Shown here: one piece after another, positions 39,018 to 50,068 of the stretch | Layout of the letters: each line of letters opens with the position of its first letter | How positions within the stretch are numbered: the first letter of the stretch is position 1 | The notes under the pieces: generated by a model | Told to the model about the DNA's origin: nothing | What the model saw: only the letters and a program-made list of their open reading frames with translations | Databases searched by the model: none | DNA from: Pristiophorus japonicus | Lineage: Eukaryota | Reading direction: 5' to 3' | DNA: 64,000 nucleotides | Assembly: GCF_044704955.1 (NCBI RefSeq) | Contig: NC_091987.1 | Location: forward strand, 81,034,001-81,098,000 | Translations under genes and position numbers: made by a program

Positions 39018-39298
39018 GTATGTACTCTGATTTATTGTCATTTTATGAAGTATGTGATGTCTGCTGGATTACTAGATTCCTTCAAGGACCAGTGAGCACT
39101 GCATAGATTTTTAACTTGTACTATATTAAATTTATGTATTTAATTCTTGCTTTAAAAATAGCACAGACATGTCAAATCCCTCCCCCAGTTTTTTTTTGTG
39201 GTGTTACCTCTTTAAGGGGAGATATTTGTTTGTATTCCGTTGGGATTAGGTTCTGCTCACCCCACAGATTCACCAGCCAATTTAAAATAGGCTGTGTG

Positions 39299-39332
<34 letters not shown>

Positions 39333-39844
39333 CTGGTCGCTGGTGGAGTAGTGAATAACCCCAGGTATGAAAAGCATCCCTATTCTCCCATAAGAAATCA
39401 TTCACCATACTGAATAACATCTTGAAAAGAGAACTGGATCAATAGCTAGTCATAAAATATAGAATGCACTTGGCCATCCTAGAATAATGTTATGCATTAT
39501 AGCAATAGGTAGCATCTTGGAGTTTGTCCTTCTTTGAGATTTTGTGGGTGGTTATATTTTCATCAGGAGATTAGACAAACTAGAGAAAGCCTATGATATT
39601 GTAAATTGTACCCAATGGAACATCTTTGATAGCTGAATGGCCTTATCATTTTGTTCTTTGTGAAGTATATATTCCTCCATTTGTTAAAATTAATGAAAAA
39701 GTCATGTGAGTATAATATGCTGAAACCTACTCTATATTCAATAACCTTTTTGATAACATTAGCAGAGGAAAGTATATCCCATTTGTTCATACATGCTTGA
39801 TTTATAATCTGATTGTAGAGGATGTTCAGAATTCCAAATAAAGA

Positions 39845-42260
39845 AAGAACTTTAGCATTTATAAAGCACCTTTCATGACCTCAGGATGTCTCAAAGCGCT
39901 TTACAGCCAATTAAGTACTTTTGTAGTGTAGTCTCTGTTGCAATGTAGGAAACCTGGCATCAATTTGCTCACAGCAAGGTCATGAGAACGTAAGAACATA
40001 AGAAATAGAAGCAGGAGTAGGCCATATGGCCCCTCGAGCCTGCTCCGCCATTTAATACAATCTTGGCTGATCTGATCATGGACTCAGGTCCACTTCCCTG
40101 CCTGCTCTCCATAACCCCTTATCCCCTTTAAAAAAGGAAGGAGAGAAAAAACAGCCTGACATCAGTAGTGGTTAAAATGATGGAATCAATTATTAAGGAT
40201 GTCATATCAGCGCATTTGGAAAGAGGTGACATGATAGGTCCAAGTCAGCATGGATTTGTGAAAGGGAAATCATGCTTGACAAATCTTCTGGAATTTTTTG
40301 AGGATGTTTCCAGTAGAGTGGACAAGGGAGAACCAGTTGATGTGGTGTATTTGGACTTTCAGAAGGCTTTCGACAAGGTCCCACACAAGAGATTAATGTG
40401 CAAAGTTAAAGCACATGGGATTGGGGGTAGTGTGCTGACGTGGATTGAGAACTGGTTGGCAGACAGGAAGCAAAGAGTAGGAGTAAATGGGTACTTTTCA
40501 GAATGGCAGGCAGTGACTAGTGGTGTACCGCAAGGTTCTGTGCTGGGGCCCCAGCTGTTTACATTATACATTAATGATTTGGACGAGGGGATTAAATGTA
40601 GTATCTCCAAATTTGCGGATGACACTAAGTTGGGTGGCAGTGTGAGCTGTGAGGAGGATGCTATGAGACTGCAGAGTGACTTGGATAGGTTAGGTGAGTG
40701 GGCAAATGCATGGCAGATGAAGTATAATGTGGATAAACGTGAGGTTATCCACTTTGGTGGTAAAAACAGAGAGACAGACTATTATCTGAATGGTGACAGA
40801 TTAGGAAAAGAGGAGGTGCAACGAGACCTGGGTGTCATGGTACATCAGTCATTGAAGGTTGGCATGCAGGTACAGCAGGCGGTTAAGAAAGCAAATGGCA
40901 TGTTGGCCTTCATAGCGAGGGGATTTGAGTACAGGGGCAGGGAGGTGTTGCTACAGTTGTACAGGGCCTTGGCGAGGCCACACCTTGAGTATTGTGTACA
41001 GTTTTGGTCTCCTAACTTGAGGAAGGACATTCTTGCTCTTGAGGGAGTGCAGCGAAGGTTCACCAGACTGATCCCCGGGATGGCGGGACTGACATATCAA
41101 GAAAGACTGGATCCAACTGGGCTTGTATTCACTGGAGTTCAAAGAATGAGAGGGGATCTCATAGAAACGTTTAAAATTCTGATGGGTTTAGACAGGTTAG
41201 ATGCAGGAAGAATGTTCCCAATGTTGGGGAAGTCCAGAACCAGGGGTCACAGTCTAAGGATAAGGGGTAAGCCATTTAGGACCGAGATGAGGAGAAACTT
41301 CTTCAGCCAGAGAGTGGTGAACCTGTGGAATTCTCTACCACAGAAAATTGTTGAGGCCAATTCACTAAATATATTCAAAAAGGAGTTAGATGTAGTCCTT
41401 ACTACTAGGGGGATCAAGGGGTATGGCGAGAATGCAGGAATGGGGTATTGAAGTTGCATATTCAGCCATGATCTTATTGAATGGTGGTGCAGGCTCGAAG
41501 GGCCGAATGGCCTACTCCTGCACCTATTTTCTATGTTTCTTATCGGTTAAGAAACTGTCTATCTCTGTCTTAAATTTATTCAATGCCCCAGCTTCCACAG
41601 CTCTCTGAGGCAGCGATTTCCACAGATCCACAACTCTCTGAGAAAATAAATTTCTCCTCATCTCAGTTTTAAATGGGCGGCCCCTTATTCTATGATTATG
41701 CCCCCTAGTTCTAGTCCCATCAGTGGATACATTCTCTCTGCATCCACCTTGTCAAGCCTCCTAATAATTTTATACTTTTCAATAAGATCACCTCTCAATC
41801 TTCTGAATTCCAATGAGTAGAGGCCTAACCTACTCAACCTTTCCTCATAAATCATAGGTCCTACAAATAGCAATGAGATAATGACCAGATAATCTGTTTG
41901 TGATGTTGGTTGAGCGATAAATATTGATCAAGACACCGAGAGAAATGTCATTCTCTTCTTCGAATAGGATCTTTTATGTCCACCTGAGACAGCAGATGGC
42001 AGATCATCCAAAAGACGGGACTCTTTTTGGGTAGGGGTATGGAGAGAAAGCAGGAAAGGGGTACTGAGGGAAAGATCAGCCATGATCTTATTGAATGGTG
42101 GTGCAGGCTCGATGGGCCGAATGGCCTACTCCTGCACCTATTTTCTATGTTTCACTCTAATTGTGCAGCATTCCCACAGTACTGCACTGCAGTGTCAGCA
42201 TGGGTTACATGCTCAGGTCTCTAGAAAGGTGCTTGAAAGCACAAACTTCTAGTCAAAGGT
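39845..42260. mobile_element. Nest: Deu SINE (-) containing a CR1 3' fragment (-), which contains a CR1 (+, 40128-41540, 427-aa ORF 40168-41451)
   Basis: Flanking halves rejoin across each insertion; RT motifs present. Confidence 0.85.
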
Positions 42261-42894
42261 GAGAGGCCTGCAGGAGTGAGAATCAAAGTCTGCTGCGGGA
42301 TGTTAGAGTGGGTTGCAGCATAGAGGATCTGGCCACACTATTGGAACCAGCAACACAAGTACATTAAGGAGGTCGGGGGAGGTGGGAAAGGGGAGTAAGA
42401 AGAGATGGGGAGTGAGAAGGGGCGAGTAGAGGGATAAGGGGTAGAGGATGAGGAAAGGGGAGAAGGGAAGAGAGGATCAGGAGTAGGGCAGAAGATGGGG
42501 TAAAAGATGAGATAAGTCAAAAGTAAAGATGGAATTCAAAATGAATTGAACACTGTAATCCTCCAGTCGTTAGGATAATTATTGAGCTTACTGTAAACAT
42601 CTGGTAGCAGCAATGCAGATGCCTGGAGAGATCAGGGGACAAATTACAGTGCAACCTGGCCTGAATCTCAAAGGTTATTGTTGTCTACTGTATGCTGCTC
42701 AACTTTACCATCCAGACAGGCCTAACAATGGAGAAGGAGATCAACCACGGTCAATGGCCCAGATGACATCTCTACTGAAAGATGTTCACAGACAGGAAGG
42801 GTTATACAAGAGGCTCTCATAGATTACCAAGCTGTACACAATTTCCCATTTCTATAATCAATCATCTAACATGTTACTCATTTCTTACTTCTAG

Positions 42895-43032
42895 GATGTT
42901 GATGATGAATTTGAACCACCTTCCATGTGCCAAGTGATTAAACACCCAACAGAGTTACAAACAGAATTCATTAGAGCAACAAGTGCCAAGAAACAGGGCT
43001 TTGAGGTCTACAACAGTCTAATTGGGAAATAA
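42895..43032 (+). CDS. VJ-C1 IgSF receptor, coding exon 5: cytoplasmic tail DVDDEFEPPSMCQVIKHPTELQTEFIRATSAKKQGFEVYNSLIGK*
   Basis: Acceptor tttcttacttctag; phase 0 matches the TM exon; YxxL near the C-terminus; AATAAA downstream. Confidence 0.68.
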   Translation, partial: DVDDEFEPPSMCQVIKHPTELQTEFIRATSAKKQGFEVYNSLIGK

Positions 43033-43311
43033 GGTTACAGTTTTTGTGTTTCCAACTTAACATAAGCATACTTTACAGTATTTGCTGTTAAGCGTATGAT
43101 TTGTCCACTGGAAACTTGTCTACAGACAGAGCTGATTGCTCATGATCAAAATGTGAACATTTATTTATATCAGTCACAGATTCTTTTGAATCACTATTGT
43201 AGCCAGACTGCTATTCATTTTTGTTTTTCACCATGAGCTTTTCATCGTGTTCTAGAAGTAACAGTTATCAATTTGGGAAACCAGGGACTCTACATTTTAT
43301 TTCGATAAAGG

Positions 43312-43317
43312 AATAAA
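43312..43317 (+). terminator. Candidate polyadenylation signal of the receptor gene
   Basis: AATAAA about 280 nt after the stop codon. Confidence 0.45.
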
Positions 43318-43734
43318 ATTCTGTGAGATATGCTTGCTGGAGAAGCTCAGACAACTATGATTCATATATAATTCTATTGTAGCACCTGACTCATCCCACA
43401 GTTTACAGATTTTCATTTTTTAAGGGTAAAAGTGTGGCACGGGAAGGTTTGGCTCCCAAAAGGGTGAAGGGTTCTCTGGGATTCTCATGTAAAATGGTAA
43501 CACCAATAATATAGCGATATGGACCATTCGCGGGGCACTCAGGAAATCTCCCGATTTACCATATGGCCAGTCCACCTCTGCTGGGCAAACTTGATTTGTG
43601 CATATTAGAAGTTGATTCCTAGCTTTATCCTGATAAAGGCAAGTCTGCAGTTATACATTTTACATTGCCACTTCTGTTATGTGTGACCTTTATGTCTTGC
43701 CCTATTCCATGTGAAAGGAGAATACTAAAAGAAA

Positions 43735-44040
43735 AAAGACTTGCATTTATAGAGCATCTTTTACGACTTCAGGATGTTCCAAAGCACTTTATAGGCAATG
43801 AAATACTTTTGAAGTGTAATTGTTGTTATACTGTAGGAAATGTGGCAGCCGATTTACACACAGCAAAGTCCCACAAACAACATGATGATGATCAGATAAT
43901 CTGTTAGAATGATGTTGGTTGAGGGATAAATATTGGCTAGGACACCAGGAAGAATTCCCCTGTTCTTCTTCGAAATAGTGCCATGGGATCTTTTACATCC
44001 ACCCGAGAGAGCAGATGGAGCCTTGGTTTAATGTTTCATA
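43735..44040 (-). mobile_element. Deu-domain SINE fragment
   Basis: Deu core and ACTTGCATTTATA tail. Confidence 0.7.
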
Positions 44041-45406
44041 CTAAACCACTAATTTTACATTATTGACAGATGAATTTGTCAATAACTCATGCAACGTTTT
44101 GAATGGCATGGCATCAGTTCTCTAAATCTATCCCTGCAATGATTGGAGATCAGGAAATGCATGTCCAGGACGTATAGAATGCTGCTGGGAAAATGCTCAA
44201 ACCTCATGATGAACATATGCATTACACCAATAGGGAGCTGAGTAACCTGTCATCATGCTTCCTTTCATCTCTCCTCTTGGATACTCTGCCCTCCCAAATC
44301 CCTACCCCAATCCTTCATTACTCTTCAACCTTTCTACCCTCCTGCCGCTGTCCCATGCTTGACTCCCTCCTAGATAAGCCCACAGCTTCCCACTGTGCTT
44401 CTCTTGGCATCCTACGAAAGGCCCATTGCGGCACTCGTCACTGCCTCCTTACGAGCAGCAACCCCAACTCTCTCGCCGACCTTCCCGTCCAGCGCACCCA
44501 CTGGGGGCTAATCTTGCCAATCTCGTCCACGTCCAACTCACCCCAACCCAGCACTGACCCTGTGGACGCAGACAGTGGATCAGCCATCAGTGACCCTCTC
44601 CGCATCTCTCTCCAGAACGTCCGTTCACTTGCGGACAAGGCCCTTCCCATCCATGAGTTTATCGTGGATGATGGCCCCGATGGAAACTTGGTTGAGGGGC
44701 GATGTCACCTTACCCTTATAGGAAGCCATCCCGCCTGGCTATACCTTCCACCACTTGTCCCGCTCAGACCACCATGGTGGTGGTGTGGCTCTCATCAGCA
44801 AATCACACCTCGGTCTGTCCCTGTACTCCTCTGGCATTTTCTCCTCCTTTGAGAATCTCACCCTATTCCACCCCTCTCACCTCTCATTTAAAATTCTCAT
44901 TCTTTCTCACCCACCCAAGTACCATAAATATTTTATTACAGATATTTCTTCACTGCTTTCCTCCCTCTGCATCTGCACCAAACAACTTCATTCTCGGTGA
45001 TTTCAACCTCCATCTAAATTCATCATGCTCTCTCTCCTTTGAGTTCACTAGTCTTCTATCTTCCCTTAATCTCTCCCTCCTTGTAAACTCACCAACCCAT
45101 ATTCATGGCCACCTCCTTGACCCATCTCTCCTGGCCTCATGACTCCCATCGTGTCAATCACAGATAAGGCCATCTCTGACCACTTCCTCATATCGCTCTC
45201 CACCCACATTCCCCTTCCACCTCTTGCAACTCTTCCTCCTTCTGTGTCCGCCCCGGGAAAAAACTCTCTCCCGACTCTCTTACAACTGCACTCTCCCAAT
45301 TGCCCAGCCTTTGGCCCTCCATTCACCATGACGTTTCTGCAGATACTAATCTGCTCAATCGCACCCTCACCACCACCTTTGATGCCCAAGCCCATTAAAA
45401 CAATTA

Positions 45407-46352
45407 GGGGCCGAAACTGCCCACTGCTGGAAGCGGAGCACACTGAACCCCCTTTCTAGTGTTTTTAGCGCTGTGGTGGTTGAGGTGGCCTTGAGCGAAA
45501 TTCCACTCTCTGGCTTTTTTTCCCAGGCGGACCAGAAGGTGCTCATAATGGGGCAGTAGTGCGGTGGTGAGCACACTACAGGGGCGGAAGTTGGGTAGGG
45601 GTCAAGTTCCGCTATTGTCAGTCATCAGCGTAGTGCTGATGACGTCACCATGGCTCTCCCCTTCAGTTAAAGAGAAGAGCCTGCACGATTTAAAAAATTT
45701 GGTCCACTGGGCCACCAGGGAGGATTTCGGCTGGGCCAGCAGCCCAGCCGTACCCAGAGGCATAATTGGTGGCCCAACATGACAGTTGACTGACATAATT
45801 TGCCACTTCCTGGCCTTCAGACCTTTTGTAGGTATAGAACCGGTACCTCATCATCAGAACGCTTTCCTTCGGGTCCAAATGCTCTCGGACCAGTGTGCAC
45901 AAATCGTCGTACGATTTCTCCATGGGTTTCGCTGGAGTGAGCAGATTCTTCATGAGGCCATACGTTGGTGCCCCACAGACGGTGAGGAGGATCGCCCTTC
46001 GTTTGGTAGCCATCTAGCTCCTTGGCCATAAAATATTGGTCGAGTCGCTCCACAAAAGATTCCCAATCATCTCCCTCCAAGAATTTCTCCAGGATGCCCA
46101 CTGTTCTCTGCATGTTTGGGTTCGCTATCTGTATCTCATCGCCAGTTTTTGTTTATGGAGAAAGAATCAGACTGAACACTGTGAGCTCAAAGTAAAGTGT
46201 GACCTTCTATTGCAGGTCTCCAGAGTGCCTCTCCAACCTGTGAAGCCTCCTTAAATATCTTTGTTCCTAAGGGATTATAGGATCCCTTGGAACTCCAGGG
46301 GATGAGCCCTCTGGTGGCTGTACAGAGTAAATACAAGTCCACATATATAACA
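45407..46352 (-). mobile_element. Harbinger-type terminal fragment plus a Gypsy 5' remnant (gag start, PBS TGGCGATGAG, LTR 46150-46352)
   Basis: GGGGCCGAAACTGCCC TIR-like sequence; GDDWESFVERLDQYF gag motif; TG...CA LTR ends. Confidence 0.7.
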
Positions 46353-49300
46353 CTTCCTTCCCCTAGTTCACGGATCCCCCCAGCCTAGCCCTGACCATAC
46401 ATCTTTTTCCAGTTTCTCTCCGATCTCCCCTCATGATCTTTCCGAGCTCATCCTGTCCATGAGACCCACTTCCTGCTCCCTTGACCCTATTCGCATCAAA
46501 CTGTTGATCACCCAACTTCCTTTTCTGGCTCCCACGTTAGCTGACATTATTAACGGTTCTCTTTCCTCGGGTCGCATCTCCCTTTCCCTCAAATCTGCTA
46601 TCATTGCCCCTCTCCTCAAAAAACCAACCCTTGACCCATCTGTCCTTGCAAACTACCATCCCATCTCCAACCTCACTTTCCTCTCAAGTCCTTGAACGTG
46701 TTGTCGCCTCCCAAATCCATGCCCATCTGTCCCACAATTCCATGTTTGAATCCCTCCAAACCGGATTCCGCGCTTGCCGCAGTACCAAAACAGCTCTCAT
46801 CAAAGTCACAAATTACACCCTTTGTGACTGTGACAAAGGCAAACTATCCCGCCTCATCCTTCTTGGCGTGTCTGTTTCCACATGTACACTGATGACACCC
46901 AGCTCTACCTCACTATCACTTCTCTCAATCCCTCCAAGGTCTCTAAATTGTCAGACTATTTGTCTGACATCCAGTTCTGGATGAACAGAAATTTTCTCCA
47001 ATTTAATATTGGGAAGTCCGAAGCTATTGTTTTCGGTCCCAGCCACAATCTCGGTTTCCTAGCAACTGACTCCATCCCTCTCCCCAGCTTCTGTCTGAGG
47101 CTGAACCAGGCTGTTCGCAACCTTGGTGTCATATTTGACCCTGAAATGAGCTTTCAACCTCATATCCACAGCATAACTAAGACCACCCATTTCCACCTCC
47201 ATAACATTGCCCGTCTCTGCCCTTGCCTCTGTTGCTGAAGCCCTCATTCCATGCCTGTTACCTCTAGACTTGATTATTTCAATGCACTCCTGGCTGGCCA
47301 CCCACATTCTATCCTACGTAAACTACAGGTGATCCAACATTCGGCTGCCCATGTCCTAACTCGTACCAAGTTCCGCTCACCCATCACCCTGTGCTTGTTG
47401 ACCTACATTGGCTTCTGGTTAAGCAACGCCTTGATTTCAAAGTTCTCATCCTTATTTTCAAATCCCTCCATGGCCTCAACCCTCCCTATCTCTGTAATCT
47501 CCTCCAGCCCCACAAGCCCTGCCCACCCCACCCCCGAGATGTCTGTGCTCCTCTAATTCTGCCCTCGAGCATCCCTGATTATAATCGCTCAACCATTGGT
47601 GGCTGTGCCTTCTGTTGCCTAGACCCCAAGCTCTGGAACACCCTGCCTAAACCTCTCCGCCTTTCTTTCCTCCTTCAAGACGCTCCTTAAAACTTACCTC
47701 TTTAACTTGTCTGTTTCCACATGTACGCTGATGTACCTGGGGGTCCTTGTACACGATACACAAAAAGTATGAAGTTACAGCAAGTAATCAGGAAGGCAAA
47801 TGGAATGTTGGCCTTTATTGCAAGGGGGATAGCGTATTGATGAGGCCACACCTAGAGTACTGCGTACAGTTTTGGTCTCTGTATTTAAGGAAGGATATAC
47901 TTGCATTGGAGACTGTTCAGAGAAGGCTCACTCGGTTGATTCCGGAGATGAGGGGATTGACTTATGAAGATAGGTTGAGTAGGTTGGACCTATACTCATT
48001 GGAGTTCAGAAGAATGAGAGGTGATCTCATTGAAATATATAAGATAATGAGTGGGCTCGACAAGGTGGATGCAGAGAGGATATTTCCACTCATAGAGGAA
48101 ACTAAAGCTAGGGGACATAGTCTTAGAATAAGGGGCCACCCATTTAAAACTATGGGGAGGAATTTCTTCTCTCAGATGGTTGTAAATCTGTGGAATTCTC
48201 TGCCCCAGAAAGCTGTGGAGGTTGGGTCATTGAATATATTTAAGGCGGAGATACAGATTTTTGAATGATGAGGGAATAGAAACATAGAAAATAGGTGCAG
48301 GAGTAGGCCATTCGGCCCTTCTAGCCTGCACCGCCATTCAATGAGTTCATGGCTGAACATGCAACTTCAGTACCCCATTCCTGCTTTCTCGCCATACCCC
48401 TTGATCCCCCTAGTAGTAAGGACTACATCGAACTCCTTTTTGAATATATTTAGTGAATTGGCCTCAACAACTTTCTGTGGTAGAGAATTCCACAGGTTCA
48501 CCACTCTCTGGGTGAAGAAGTTTCTCCTCATCTCGGTCCTAAATGGCTTACCCCTTATCCTTAGACTGTGACCCCTGGTTCTGGACTTCCCCAACATTGG
48601 GAACATTCTTCCTGCATCTAACCTGTCTAAACCCATCAGAATTTTAAACGTTTCTATGAGGTCCCCACTCATTCTTCTGAACTCCAGTGAATACAAGCCC
48701 AGTTTGATCCAATCTTTCTTGATAGGTCAGTCCCGCCATCCCGGGAATCAGTCTGGTGAACCTTCGCTGCACTCCCTCAATAGCAAGAATGTCCTTCCTC
48801 AGGTTAGGAGACCAAAACTGTACACAATACTCCAGGTGTGGCCTCACCAAGGCCCTGTACAACTGTAGCAACACCTCCCTGCCCCTGTACTCAAATCCCC
48901 TCGCTATGAAGGCTAACATGCCATTTGCTTTCTTAACTGCCTGCTGTACCTGCATGCCAACCTTCAATGACTGATGTACCATGACACCCAGGTCTCGTTG
49001 CACCTCCTCGTTTCCTAATCTGTCACCATTCAGATAATAGTCTGTCTCTCTGTTTTTACCACCAAAGTGAATAACCTCACATTTATCCACATTATACTTC
49101 ATCTGCCATGCATTTGCACACTCACCTAACCTATCCAAGTCGCTCTGCAGCCTCATAGCATCCTCCTCACAGCTCACACTGCCGCCCAACTTAGTGTCAT
49201 CCGCAAATTTGGAGATACTACATTTAATCCCCTCGTCCAAATCATTAATGTACAATGTAAACAGCTGGGGCCCCAGCACAGAACCTTGCGGTACCCCACT

Positions 49301-50068
49301 AGTCACCGCCTGCCATTCTGAAAAGTACCCATTTACTCCTACTTTTTGCTTCCTGTCTGACAACCAGTTCTCAATCCATGTCAGCACACTACTCCCAATC
49401 CCATGTGCTTTAACTTTGCACATTAATCTCTTGTGTGGGACCTTGTCAAAAGCCTTCTGAAAGTCCAAATATACCATATCAACTGGTTCTCCCTTGTCCA
49501 CTCTACTGGAAACATCCTCAAAAAATTCCAGAAGATTTTTCAAGCATGATTTCCCTTTCACAAATCCATGCTGACTTGGACCTATCATGTCACCTCTTTC
49601 CAAATGTGCTGCTATGACATCCTTAATAATTGAATCCATCATTTTACCCACTACCGATGTCAGGCTGACTGGTCTATAATTCCGTTTTCTCTCTCCCTCC
49701 TTTTTTTTTTAAAAAGTGGGGTTACATTGGCTACCCTCCACTCAATAGGAACTGATCCAGAGTCAATGGAATGTTGGAAAATGATTGTCAATGCGTCCGC
49801 TATTTCCAAGGCCACCTCCTTAAGTACTCTGGGATGCAGTCCATCAGGCCCTGGGGATTTATCGGCCTTCAATCCCATCAATTTCCCCAACACAATTTCT
49901 CGACTAATAAGGATTTCCCTCAGTTCCTCCCCCTTACTAGACCCTCTGACCCCGTTTATATCCAGAAACATAGAAACATAGAAACATAGAAAATAGGTGC
50001 AGGAGTAGGCCATTCGGCCCTTCTAGCCTGCACCGCCATTCAATGAGTTCATGGCTGAACATTCAACT

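Noticed and set aside
42955-42985. QTEFIRA resembling the PD-1 ITSM (QTEYATI)
   Set aside because: No tyrosine and too short a match to support homology
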